Below are positions 6,695 through 15,456 of a DNA stretch of 31,772 nucleotides, in pieces (the stretch's first letter is position 1; every line of letters starts with the position of its first letter). The stretch covers positions 1 through 31,772 of IMG/VR virus record IMGVR_UViG_3300019890_000002. One strand, written 5' to 3'. The notes below the pieces were generated by a model. That model was given only the letters and a program-made list of their open reading frames with translations, was not told where the DNA came from and searched no databases. The DNA is from a virus. The position numbers and the translations under genes are program-made.

Positions 6695-6961
6695 CTACGG
6701 GCGCTGGTCCTGCGGTAGCACGTAGGCGCCTTTGCCGGGCACGATGCGCGCCAGGCCTTCCTGTACGAGCACCTGGACGGCCTTCGCTGCGGTGCCGCGT
6801 GCGACCTGGTACTGGCCCATCAGCTGGACGAGGCTCGGCACTGGCCGGCCTGGCTGGAGAGTGCCGTCGAGAATCTGCGACCGCAGCAGGTCGCTTAGCT
6901 GCAGGTACAGCGGTCGCTCACCCAGTGGATCAAGACTCACATGATCACCGTACGTGACCAT
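6695..6961 (-). CDS. GntR-family winged-HTH regulator, DNA-binding domain only (88 aa); repressor candidate
   Basis: ERPLYLQLSDLLRSQILDGTLQPGRPVPSLVQLMGQYQVARGTAAKAVQVLVQEGLARIVPGKGAYV matches the canonical GntR N-domain pattern. No effector domain follows. Confidence 0.8.
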   Translation of the reverse strand: MVTYGDHVSLDPLGERPLYLQLSDLLRSQILDGTLQPGRPVPSLVQLMGQYQVARGTAAKAVQVLVQEGLARIVPGKGAYVLPQDQRP

Positions 6962-7063
6962 GATCGTGTAGCTCTACCGGGGCAGTCCGTGTGTGCCATA
7001 GCCGTCCATGTATCACCCGGTCTACACTCGCTATCGACACAGCCGGCCACAGCGAGGGTCACC

Positions 7064-7273
7064 ATGTACTCCAGCGAGCAGACGCTGAGGATCAAGATCA
7101 TCGAGCGCGAGTTCCCCAGCCATCAGATCTGGGTCGTGAACCGGGTCGTCGGCGGTCCCGTCTGGTGCGCCCGGCCGTGGGGCTCAGAGGACGTATCGAA
7201 AGTCATCAACCAGGGCAGCGAGAACGAGCTAGTCGAGGCGCTGATCGAGATCGTGGACCACCAGCCCCTCTAG
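7064..7273 (+). CDS. Hypothetical protein (69 aa), divergent from the GntR gene
   Basis: ATG 7064 with GAGGG 7 nt upstream. The part of the track ORF upstream of it looks non-coding. Its stop overlaps the convergent tail gene stop (CTAG). Confidence 0.55.
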   Translation: MYSSEQTLRIKIIEREFPSHQIWVVNRVVGGPVWCARPWGSEDVSKVINQGSENELVEALIEIVDHQPL

Positions 7274-7845
7274 TTGACCTTCTCGAAGATCGTCGCCAGT
7301 GAGGTGAGGGTGGGCGCCCCGGTGGCCGAGGCCCACTTGGCCTGGATGACGAAGGCGTTGTCCGCAGTCGAGTCCCGGGTGATCGCCGAGTGGGTGCAGC
7401 CGTTCAGGCCCACCGTGTTGTCGGCTGCAGTGCCTGGCAGGATCGCGTTCGCGGTCTCGGTGACGCTGCCGCTGATTGCTGCCCGCCAGGTGGCTGACGA
7501 TCCGGGGCTCACGCAGACGATCTTGATGATGAACTCGAAGTCGAACGCCGCCGAGGCGGCCAGCGCCGTGGAGGCGATCTGCGGGGTGGTGCCGATGTTC
7601 GTGCCGGCCAGCGTGGCGGCCACCGTCAGGATCTGCTGCGTCGATCCCCAGCTGCCATTGCCGAAGACGGTCAGCCGGTATGCGGTCCCAGCGAGCGGGT
7701 CGCCACCAGGGATGGTGTACGAGCTGGAGAGGTTCGCAAACGTTGTGTTATTTACCGTATGGCTCGTTGTGTCGGCGGTGCCGTAGATCCGGTTGAGCAC
7801 CGCCGGCGTGATTGTCTGCCCGGCGAGGATGAGCGCCTGTCCCAT
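7270..7845 (-). CDS. Distal tail protein or receptor-binding candidate (191 aa)
   Basis: Last gene of the structural operon. AAGGAGG RBS. Ser/Thr/Ala/Gly-rich beta-type composition. Confidence 0.55.
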   Translation of the reverse strand: MGQALILAGQTITPAVLNRIYGTADTTSHTVNNTTFANLSSSYTIPGGDPLAGTAYRLTVFGNGSWGSTQQILTVAATLAGTNIGTTPQIASTALAASAAFDFEFIIKIVCVSPGSSATWRAAISGSVTETANAILPGTAADNTVGLNGCTHSAITRDSTADNAFVIQAKWASATGAPTLTSLATIFEKVN

Positions 7846-7855
7846 TGCTGCCTCC

Positions 7856-10800
7856 TTACAGGGCGGTTATCGCTGGCTGGTAAAGGTTCACGGATTCGCC
7901 GGCGTTGTGCGGCTTCTGCACGCCGTTGACGCCGCGGCTTACCGTGAACGTCTGCGGCGAGGATGCCCCGTCAATCCCGGTGACTGTCATCCGCTCGCCG
8001 GTGACGATGATGTCGAAGGGAAATTCCCCGGAGTAGCCGGTGCTGTCCACCCACGGCTGGTTCGGTACCGGCGTGTCCACGGCAAAGCTGATGTCGCCGT
8101 TGCCGATGCCGGAGTGCAGCTGGGAGCCGTCCGTGTCAGCCCGGCAGTCCCCGGCCTGGGCGATCTCATACGGGCTCTCTGGCACGCAGTTCATGCTGAG
8201 TGTCCAGGTGTAGGCATTGAGTTCCTCGGTGTAGCCGTAGACCAGCTGCCGGATGTCACCCGGTGGCAGCGGCGCGTCCCCGGTGTTCACCACCTGGAGA
8301 TAGTCGCCGATGTCCGCGTTAACGACGTCAGCGAAGTCCGTGCCGATCTCGGCGCGGGCCAGGTCCACGTAGACGACGGGATACCGGAGCTGGTCCACTG
8401 TGCCGATGAACGTAATCCAGCTGGCCAGGTCTTCGAGCTGCTCGTCGCTGTCCACGTTGATGCTCTGGCTGAAGGTGTACGGGCCGACGCCGGCGGGCGG
8501 GTCCTGGATCGAGAGCGTCCCGGACGTCACCTGGAACTCTGCGGAGGAACCGCTGGGCCGGCTGATCGTGACGTCGTTGCGGAGCAGCTGGTCATCATCA
8601 GTGGGCTGCAGCGGGAAGCCCAGCTCGCCAGCGCCGTAGTCGAGTTGCATGGCCGCCGCCTGGGCGTACAGGCTGCTGCGGGTCCGGTAGGCCATGCCGA
8701 GAGCGTCACGGGTCTCGAAGATCAGCCCGCGGTCAGCATCCTCGCAGTCCTGCAGGATCTGGGGCACCTTCACTGGCAGCTGGGGCCCGACCAGTGCAGT
8801 GGTGTCAGTCACGCCGGCGTCGATCACCGAGAAGGGAATGTTCTGCTCGGTGCAGATCCGGGTGAACCGCTGCGACGCGGTCTCGCCGGCGTAGGCGGCC
8901 AGCGGGCCAGCGAGGCTGGTGACCGGATCGTAGCCACTCTCCTGGATGGCAGCATGTGCCCAGGTAGCACTGGCCATGTCCCCGTTGGGGTCCATGATCA
9001 CCACGAAGGCGTCACCGAGGGTGGCCGCAGTGAGTGTGCCAGACGAGGTGGCTGCTGCCACCGTCTGCCCGGCGAAGATACCGGTCAGGGTGTAGGCGAT
9101 GTTGCTGCCTGAGGGTGTCAGCTCAGCCGAGACGAGCAGGTACTGGTTATCGCAGCCGAAGGCGACTTCCCCGGTGGTGAACAGCTGCGCACCAGCGCCA
9201 CTGAAGCCGGAGAGGGTGAGGCTGCCCGCGTTCGCCACGTTGTAGATCACCTGGATGTAGGCGATCGTGCCGGTGGTCTCCATCTGCGCGACCACGCCAC
9301 CATCGGTGTCGCCGCCGTCCGGGGTGTGCAGGACGAAGCGCAGCACATTCGCCGCCGTCGTGCTGGACCCGCTGCCAGCCGGTGCGTAGGACAGGGTGAT
9401 CAGGCCCTGGGCGCCAGCAGCAGCATTCCCGAGCGAGTCGTACCCACCTCCGCCGCCACCGGGAGTGGAGGACGGTGCCGCCATAAACGAGCTGCCTGCG
9501 AGAGTCCCGCCGCCCGGACCACCGCCGGTGACAGCAGCTCCGCCAAGCTCAACGTCGCCATCGTTGCCAGCCGAAGCGCTCCCGCCGGAGGACCCGCCAC
9601 CGCCGCCGATGCCTGCGTCCGGCGGGTCCATGGTCACCGTCTCGGACCAGAACAGCCACACCTTCCCGCGGCCACCGCCACCGCCGCTGGGGGTCGCGCC
9701 AAACTGCCTCGTATACGCCCCGCCACCGCCGGCACCGGTCGGGGCGCCATCGGCGCCATTGCGCGCCCCCTGGGCCGAGGAGCCGCCGTCACCGCCGTGG
9801 CCGCCGCCGTTGATGGTGCCGTTGCCGGAGCCGCCATTACCGCCAGCGCCGCCGCCGGCCGAGTCGGTGCCGTTGCCGCCACCGCCGTCGATAGAGGCCC
9901 CGCCGCCACCACCGCCGCCCTTGTTGCCGGTGGTCCCGGAACCGCCGTGCCCGCCGGAGTGCGTATTGCCCGAGCCGCCACTGCCGGTGGTGCCAGCCGC
10001 ATGACCGGGCTGGCCGCCGTCCGCCTGGATGGTGCCGGAGCTGTTGAAGTAGCTCTGGCCGCCTACGGTGCCCTCGCCGCCGGAGGCTCCGCCAGCGCCG
10101 CCCTGGCCCACCTTGACTGGGTAGTTGCTGCCGCCGCTGACTGAGTGGCTGCCCTGGCTGAAGCCGCCGCCGCCGCCACCGCCGCCACCGCTGCTGGAAC
10201 CACCACCTCCACCGCCGCCGCCGGCTCCCCAGACGTAGGCCGTCACGGTGCCGTCGATATCCGCAGGCGCGTTGAACGTGGCGTCCGAGGTGTAGGCCAG
10301 ATTCTGCTGGGTGGTGTTGCTGCTGCCGCCGCCTCCGGGACCGCCGGAGCCTGCCGCACCAGCGCCACCGTCAAAGTGGGTGGCAGCCGTGCTCCCGGTG
10401 CCTCCTGCCCCGCCGGTGGCGCCGTCTGAGCTGCCTGCGGTGCCACCGTGCGCGGTGATGGACGTGGAACTGTCGCCATGCATGACGGAACTACCGCCGC
10501 TGACGCCAGCCGAGGACGCACCGACCGTGTAGCTGTAGGAATTGCCAGGAGTGACTGCCAGGCTTCCGGAGGCGTACTCGCTGCCACCACCACCAGCACC
10601 GCCCGTGTTGCCGTTGTAGCCAGAGCCGCCGCCGCCGGCACCCCATGCCTGCACCAGCACCGAGGTGATATCCGGCGGGGCGATCCAGGTATGGGTGCCG
10701 GTCGTGGACAGCACCGTGGTCTGGGCCACCGGCAGCGCACCGGCGATACCCGTTGCGCCGGTGAACGTGGCGCCGTTGAACGACGGGAACGGGCTGGACG

Positions 10801-12385
10801 CTGGCAGCCCGGAATCACTGGCCAGCGACGGTGCGCCCGAGAACGTCATCGGGAAGCCGGTCGTCAGGCCCGAGCTGAGGCTGGTGGCCGCACTGCCATC
10901 CTCAGCGGGCCAGTAAGCCAGCGGCGGGGCAGCCAGCGTCTGGTAGTACCGGAACAGCGCGGACCGCAGGGCAGCGTTCTGGTTGAGCCGCCGCAGGATG
11001 CCGTTCGCAGTGATCTGGACAGTGATGTCCTGGCCGGTGTTATCCCAGGTGGGCGGCCACTCGGCGACCTCACCCCAGAACCGGTATGACAGCGGCGACG
11101 GGATAACCGCGGTGGGCGCGGACACTCGCAGCTGCGTGTTCCGGCCGATGAGCAGATAGTAGGGAGAAGCCGGGTTGCGTGGTGAGAACCGGCCGTCACG
11201 GTTGTTCAGCGTGAACGTGCACGTCGCCGGGTTGACTGTCGCGGATTCGTCAGGCCGTCCGCGCACGATCGTGATCGTCTGCCGCTGGTAGACGAAGTCA
11301 GTGATGTCAGTCCACGTGTCACCGACGAGTAGCTCGAACAGCAGAATCAGTGGCTGCGCCGGGAACGGGAATCCCTGGAAGATCCGGCCGGCCAGCACCG
11401 GTGTGCGGACGCCTGCTGAGCCGCTGATGACGAGCGACTGGGTACCGGTGCCCGACAGTGCCGCCTTGGGGAGCACCAGGTGACCGCCGGTCAGGGCCAG
11501 CCCGGTCCCGGATATCCCCATCTTCGGGAGCGCTGCCGACCCGGTGCTCGTATTGGGGGGAATCCAGCTGATCGCCAGCGACGAGCTGGATGCCACGCTG
11601 ATCGTGTAGGCGGTCCCCGCGACGACACTCTCGGTGCTGGTACTGGTGTGCCCGTCGAAGGATGCGGTCCCGCTGATCGTCCATGAGGCCGAGGTGATCC
11701 CGCTGGGCGCGGTCCACTGGTACGTGCCGCCGGTGGTGCTCGCTGAGATCGTGGCCGTGCTCGCCATCGTCCAGGTGATGACGACCTGACCGGCTTTGCC
11801 GGCGGCAGCGTTCGAGCCGGAGACGCCGCCAGCACCACCACCCGGGGCCGAGCCTGCGGTCTGGGCGTTGCCGCCAGCGGCGCCGCCGGTGACTGCGACA
11901 GCACCAGCCCCGCCGCTGGCTCCGGTGCTGCCCGCATTGCCAGCCGCAGCGGTCCCGCCCGAGCCACCGCCACCACCGCCGGTAGTGCCGTTCCCGTTGC
12001 CGCCAGCCCCCCCGTTGTGGTGCGTGGTGTTGGTGCTGCCAGTCCCGCCAGCGCCACCAGTCTGGGAGCCTGTCCCGTTTGCCGTGCCGCCGTGGGCGGT
12101 GACGGCCGGCGAACCGCCGGTGACAGTGGAGCTTGCACTGGTTCCGGTGGTCCCGGCAATTGAGGCGGCACCAACGACGACGGTGTAAGAGTTCCCGGCC
12201 GTGACCGCCAGGGCCGGCTCAGCGGCGTACTCACCACCACCGCCGCCGCCCAGGCCGGAACCTGCAGCTACCGAGGGAGCTCCGGAACCCCAGCACTCGA
12301 CTTGCGCAGCCGTCACCCCGGCCGGGCAGACCCAGGTGAACGTGCCGGCGGTGGTGAACTTCGCGGTGAACGTCGCGTTGGCCAT
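7856..12385 (-). CDS. Giant tail protein (1509 aa): Dit-like (siphovirus tail family) core with three glycine-rich modules
   Basis: Follows the tape measure with a 1-nt overlap. Core motifs are GDTWTDITDFVYQRQTITIVRGRPDE...FTLNNRDGRFSPRNP (N part) and LQDCEDADRGLIFETRDALGMAYRTRSSLY...FDIIVTGERMTVTG...FTVSRGVNGV (C part). Gly-rich modules begin TFTWVCPAGVT..VECWGSG, THTWIAPPDIT..VQAWGAGGGG and TFNAPADIDG..AYVWGAGGGG. Confidence 0.8.
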   Translation of the reverse strand: MANATFTAKFTTAGTFTWVCPAGVTAAQVECWGSGAPSVAAGSGLGGGGGGEYAAEPALAVTAGNSYTVVVGAASIAGTTGTSASSTVTGGSPAVTAHGGTANGTGSQTGGAGGTGSTNTTHHNGGAGGNGNGTTGGGGGGSGGTAAAGNAGSTGASGGAGAVAVTGGAAGGNAQTAGSAPGGGAGGVSGSNAAAGKAGQVVITWTMASTATISASTTGGTYQWTAPSGITSASWTISGTASFDGHTSTSTESVVAGTAYTISVASSSSLAISWIPPNTSTGSAALPKMGISGTGLALTGGHLVLPKAALSGTGTQSLVISGSAGVRTPVLAGRIFQGFPFPAQPLILLFELLVGDTWTDITDFVYQRQTITIVRGRPDESATVNPATCTFTLNNRDGRFSPRNPASPYYLLIGRNTQLRVSAPTAVIPSPLSYRFWGEVAEWPPTWDNTGQDITVQITANGILRRLNQNAALRSALFRYYQTLAAPPLAYWPAEDGSAATSLSSGLTTGFPMTFSGAPSLASDSGLPASSPFPSFNGATFTGATGIAGALPVAQTTVLSTTGTHTWIAPPDITSVLVQAWGAGGGGSGYNGNTGGAGGGGSEYASGSLAVTPGNSYSYTVGASSAGVSGGSSVMHGDSSTSITAHGGTAGSSDGATGGAGGTGSTAATHFDGGAGAAGSGGPGGGGSSNTTQQNLAYTSDATFNAPADIDGTVTAYVWGAGGGGGGGGSSSGGGGGGGGGFSQGSHSVSGGSNYPVKVGQGGAGGASGGEGTVGGQSYFNSSGTIQADGGQPGHAAGTTGSGGSGNTHSGGHGGSGTTGNKGGGGGGGASIDGGGGNGTDSAGGGAGGNGGSGNGTINGGGHGGDGGSSAQGARNGADGAPTGAGGGGAYTRQFGATPSGGGGGRGKVWLFWSETVTMDPPDAGIGGGGGSSGGSASAGNDGDVELGGAAVTGGGPGGGTLAGSSFMAAPSSTPGGGGGGYDSLGNAAAGAQGLITLSYAPAGSGSSTTAANVLRFVLHTPDGGDTDGGVVAQMETTGTIAYIQVIYNVANAGSLTLSGFSGAGAQLFTTGEVAFGCDNQYLLVSAELTPSGSNIAYTLTGIFAGQTVAAATSSGTLTAATLGDAFVVIMDPNGDMASATWAHAAIQESGYDPVTSLAGPLAAYAGETASQRFTRICTEQNIPFSVIDAGVTDTTALVGPQLPVKVPQILQDCEDADRGLIFETRDALGMAYRTRSSLYAQAAAMQLDYGAGELGFPLQPTDDDQLLRNDVTISRPSGSSAEFQVTSGTLSIQDPPAGVGPYTFSQSINVDSDEQLEDLASWITFIGTVDQLRYPVVYVDLARAEIGTDFADVVNADIGDYLQVVNTGDAPLPPGDIRQLVYGYTEELNAYTWTLSMNCVPESPYEIAQAGDCRADTDGSQLHSGIGNGDISFAVDTPVPNQPWVDSTGYSGEFPFDIIVTGERMTVTGIDGASSPQTFTVSRGVNGVQKPHNAGESVNLYQPAITAL

Positions 12386-14829
12386 CAGTTCCGCCCGAAT
12401 GCCTGCTGGACGTTGCCCCCGCCCTGGACCCGGGCGAACTTCCGGATGGTGGTCAGCATGAACTGCTCGAAGGCGCTCTGGCCGGAGGAGTCGAAGCTGA
12501 CCGTGACGTTCGTGCCGGCGCCGGTGCTCATCATCCGCTCGGTGTCAGGATTGGAGTGCACGGTCGAGCCGCCGGGCAGCCGGATCAGCTCTCGGCCATG
12601 CTCACCAACCATGGCCAGTCCGGTGCCGGTGCCGCCCGCGGCGTAACCACCGGGCTGCAGCATCACCGACGCGAGAGAACGTCCCCGGTAGCCGGGAGAG
12701 TTGACCGCGTAGTTCAGCCCGGCGAAGATGTTCGCCATCGGGTTGTAGATGCTGTTCGGCAGTGAATCTGAGCGGTACGCCTCGAACGTCGTCATGATCG
12801 TCTGCATAAGCCCGCGGGACGGGTCGCCGTGCTGGGCGTTGATGTCGGTGAGGTTGATCGCGTTCGGGTTACCGCCGCTCTCCTGCATCATGCGGTGCTC
12901 GACCGCACCCAGGTTGGAGCTGGACTGGCCCAGCATGGCCAGCGCCTTGAGGATGTCGGGAGCCCACTGGGTGACCCCAGCACCGAAGCTGCCCGTGTAC
13001 TTGCTGCCACTGCCACTGGCCGCCTTGCTGGCAGCCAGTTTCACCTGCGCCGCCTTGTTCGCATCGTGCGCCTTGTTCGCGGAGCGCTTGATGCCCTTCT
13101 CCAGGCCGAGCATCAGGTTGTCACCGATCTCCGCGAACACCGAGGACGGCGACAGGACACCCCAGATCTTCTTGACCACGTTGACGATCGTCTTGCCGAA
13201 GTTGGAGAACCAGCTCTCAATGTCGCCGCCGACCCGCTTGAACGCGTTCCACATCTCGTTCAGCGCGGCGGACGCGAAGCTGCCCAGCGAGTGGCCGAGG
13301 CCGGTGAGGGCGCCGACCAGCTTGGACGGCATCCCCTTGAAGAAAGAGACGATGTTGCCCCAGACACTCTTCACGGTCGAGAACATCTGGTTCCAGGCGC
13401 TGCTCAGGAACGACTTCACCGAGTTAGCAGCCGAGGTGATCGCGGACTTGATGTTGTTCCACACGGACTTGATGAAGCTCAGGATGGAGTTCCAGGCGCT
13501 CTTCACTGCGTTAGTGATGGCGTTCCAGGCGCTGGACAGGGTGCTCTTCACCGAGTTGACGTCTGAGCTGACCGTCGACTTGATGTTGTTCCAGACGCTC
13601 TTGAAGAACGAGAGGACGGCATTCCAGGTGCTCTTCACCGTGTTGCTGATGGCGTTCCAGGCGGAGGAGAGCGTGTTCTTCATCGAGCTGACGTCCGAGC
13701 TGACGTCGGACTTAATGCTGTTCCAGATGGACTTGAAGAAGCCGAGTATGTCGTTCCAGATCTTCTTGATGGAGCTGTAGATGTCGTTGTGGTACTTCAT
13801 GATCACGCCGGACGGCCCGAGCAGGAGCGGCCACCACTGCTTGGCGAAGCTGAGGATGTTGTCCCAGGTCGTCTTGATGAAGTTGTAGACGTCACCCCAG
13901 ATCTTCTTGACCGTGTCCCAGATCTGGTTGTGGTACTTGATGATCAGGAGGGCCAGCACGACCAGGGCGGCAGCGACCGCGACGAACGGGTTGGCCAGCA
14001 TGGTGGCAAACGTCTCCGCCATGCCGAGCTTGAAGACCAGCAGTGCTCCAGTGGCGAGCCCCAGTGCGAGGGGCAGCAGGTGGAACTTCGAGAGCATGTC
14101 CACGATCACCAGGGAGACCTTCGCGCCGATCACGAGGATCGGGGTCAGCGCGGCGACCATCTGGACGAACGCGGGGGCCAGTTGCGCGAGGAGCTTGATC
14201 CCGGTCGGCCCCACGTCCATGAAGATCTGCATCAGGACCTTCAGGAGGCCCACCAGGGCCGGCCCGAGGATCTGGGATGCCTGGACTGCGAGCTTGGCCA
14301 TCATGTCCGCGAACTGCTTGAAGAACGGGCTGGCGACCAGTCCCAGCAGCGGCGCCAGGAACGCGGAGATGGAACTCGCGCCTGCCTTGGCGAGGATCTG
14401 GAGGGACGGCATCAGGCTCTGGAGGATGACCCCGCCGAACTTGACCAGGTACAGGATGGCCGGCTCGATGGCCTTGCTGGCCTGCTCGAAGCTGGTCTTA
14501 ATCCCCTCGATGGCCTTCGCGATACCCGTCTGGGTCGGGTCGAGCTGCGCCCATGCCTTCTTGCCGGCCGCGCCCGTGGAGGTGACCGCCTTCTCCACCT
14601 TGCTGAAGGTGGGCGCTGCCAGCGCACCGAAGGCGCCGACGGCAAGGGTGAGGCCGCCCAGCGGGGCGGCCATGGCGGTGAGGGAAGACCCGAGCGCGAT
14701 AATCCCGGCGCCCTGGCCGATGCCGGCCATCGACTTCTTCAGGTCTTCGCTGTTGGCCTTCGCCTCAGCGAAAGCTTGCTTTGTGTTGTCCTTCGCCTTG
14801 ACCAGGATTTCCACGACATTACTGGCCAT
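12385..14829 (-). CDS. Tape measure protein with C-terminal lytic transglycosylase (SLT) domain
   Basis: 814 aa. Long hydrophobic/helical centre and Trp/Phe-periodic 44-aa tandem repeats. SLT signature MMQESGGNPNAINLTD...GLMQTIMTTFEAYR...YNPMANIFAGLNY. Lies downstream of the G/GT chaperones. Confidence 0.9.
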   Translation of the reverse strand: MASNVVEILVKAKDNTKQAFAEAKANSEDLKKSMAGIGQGAGIIALGSSLTAMAAPLGGLTLAVGAFGALAAPTFSKVEKAVTSTGAAGKKAWAQLDPTQTGIAKAIEGIKTSFEQASKAIEPAILYLVKFGGVILQSLMPSLQILAKAGASSISAFLAPLLGLVASPFFKQFADMMAKLAVQASQILGPALVGLLKVLMQIFMDVGPTGIKLLAQLAPAFVQMVAALTPILVIGAKVSLVIVDMLSKFHLLPLALGLATGALLVFKLGMAETFATMLANPFVAVAAALVVLALLIIKYHNQIWDTVKKIWGDVYNFIKTTWDNILSFAKQWWPLLLGPSGVIMKYHNDIYSSIKKIWNDILGFFKSIWNSIKSDVSSDVSSMKNTLSSAWNAISNTVKSTWNAVLSFFKSVWNNIKSTVSSDVNSVKSTLSSAWNAITNAVKSAWNSILSFIKSVWNNIKSAITSAANSVKSFLSSAWNQMFSTVKSVWGNIVSFFKGMPSKLVGALTGLGHSLGSFASAALNEMWNAFKRVGGDIESWFSNFGKTIVNVVKKIWGVLSPSSVFAEIGDNLMLGLEKGIKRSANKAHDANKAAQVKLAASKAASGSGSKYTGSFGAGVTQWAPDILKALAMLGQSSSNLGAVEHRMMQESGGNPNAINLTDINAQHGDPSRGLMQTIMTTFEAYRSDSLPNSIYNPMANIFAGLNYAVNSPGYRGRSLASVMLQPGGYAAGGTGTGLAMVGEHGRELIRLPGGSTVHSNPDTERMMSTGAGTNVTVSFDSSGQSAFEQFMLTTIRKFARVQGGGNVQQAFGRN
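13333..13779 (-). repeat. In-frame tandem repeats (about 132 nt / 44 aa, roughly 3.5 copies) within the tape measure
   Basis: LSSAWNAI(S/T)N.VKS.WN..LSF.KSVWNNIKS...S..NSVKS. is repeated. Confidence 0.8.
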
Positions 14830-15369
14830 CCGGTGCTTCCCTCCTTCCCAGATCCACGATCCGCAGCAGCCGCAGGATCTCCGCGTCTTCTTCCATCAAC
14901 TGGCTGGGCAGGCAGTGAAACCGCTCACATAGCCCAATAATGGTTTGCGCTTCAGTCAGCTCACCAGGCTCGGCGACAAGCTCGCCATCGGCAGTGACGC
15001 CTCCGGGAAAGTCGCGCCATTGCTCGACGGCATGGGCAAAGGGGGCCTCACCGAGGCCATGGCTTCCATCCACGCAGTGATGATGGCCAGCACGAAGTCG
15101 AACTCCTGGCCCTGGATGCCGTCGTAGTCCGCTGGTACCGGGCGCCCTTTCTCGTCTTCCAGATTCCAGGACACCAGCGACTTGGCGAACTCCCGGAATA
15201 GCTGCTCAGCCTGCGCGGCCACGCCAGCCATATTTTCCGCACCCTCGGTGAGGCTGGACATCTTGAAAAACTCACCGAGGGGGAGCGAGCGGGCCAGCAC
15301 TTCGAGGCCCGCCAGGTCCGGGTCCTCGAACTTCAGCTTGTAGATTTTCCGTTCGCGCCGGAATCCCAT
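14819..15369 (-). CDS. Tail assembly chaperone GT fusion via -1 programmed frameshift
   Basis: The 84-aa ORF (14819-15073) is in the -1 frame relative to G. Slippery heptamers C_CCT_TTG (15043-15037) or T_TTC_CCG (15010-15004) lie in the overlap. Confidence 0.6.
14956..15369 (-). CDS. Tail assembly chaperone G
   Basis: ATG 15369 with GGAGGG 6 nt upstream. KLKFEDPDLAGLEVLARSLPLGEF is typical of actinophage tail chaperones. Position is immediately upstream of the tape measure. Confidence 0.7.
   Translation of the reverse strand: MGFRRERKIYKLKFEDPDLAGLEVLARSLPLGEFFKMSSLTEGAENMAGVAAQAEQLFREFAKSLVSWNLEDEKGRPVPADYDGIQGQEFDFVLAIITAWMEAMASVRPPLPMPSSNGATFPEASLPMASLSPSLVS
15037..15043 (-). promoter_or_regulatory. 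Candidate X_XXY_YYZ slippery heptamer CCCTTTG for the G/GT frameshift
   Basis: In the G frame the codons are CCT TTG. After a -1 slip they become CCC TTT. Confidence 0.45.
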
Positions 15370-15396
15370 CTCATCCCTCCGTTTATAGTGACGGCG

Positions 15397-15427
15397 GCGG
15401 GCAGTGAGGCTCGAACTCGCTGCCCGC
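15397..15427 (-). terminator. Strong intra-operon hairpin (12-bp stem with one G-U/mismatch, 7-nt loop) between the tube-like gene and chaperone G
   Basis: gcgggcagtgag-gctcgaa-ctcgctgcccgc. No U-tract follows. Confidence 0.4.
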
Positions 15428-15456
15428 ACGCCGCGCATATGGGCGGCTACCCACGA

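Noticed and set aside
7793-9112. Long plus-strand ORFs antisense to structural genes (for example 7793-9112, 9326-10144, 13789-14940, 21468-22850 and 24256-25926).
   Set aside because: They are shadow ORFs typical of high-GC DNA. Their translations are Arg/Gly/Pro/Ala/His-rich junk, and the opposite strand encodes proteins with clear family motifs (tail protein, tape measure, capsid) and GC3-rich codons.
9386-12349. The glycine-rich tracts as collagen-like triple-helix repeats.
   Set aside because: There is no sustained Gly-X-Y periodicity. The tracts are GGxGG/poly-Gly with Ser/Thr/Asn, as in phage glycine-rich tail-fibre modules.
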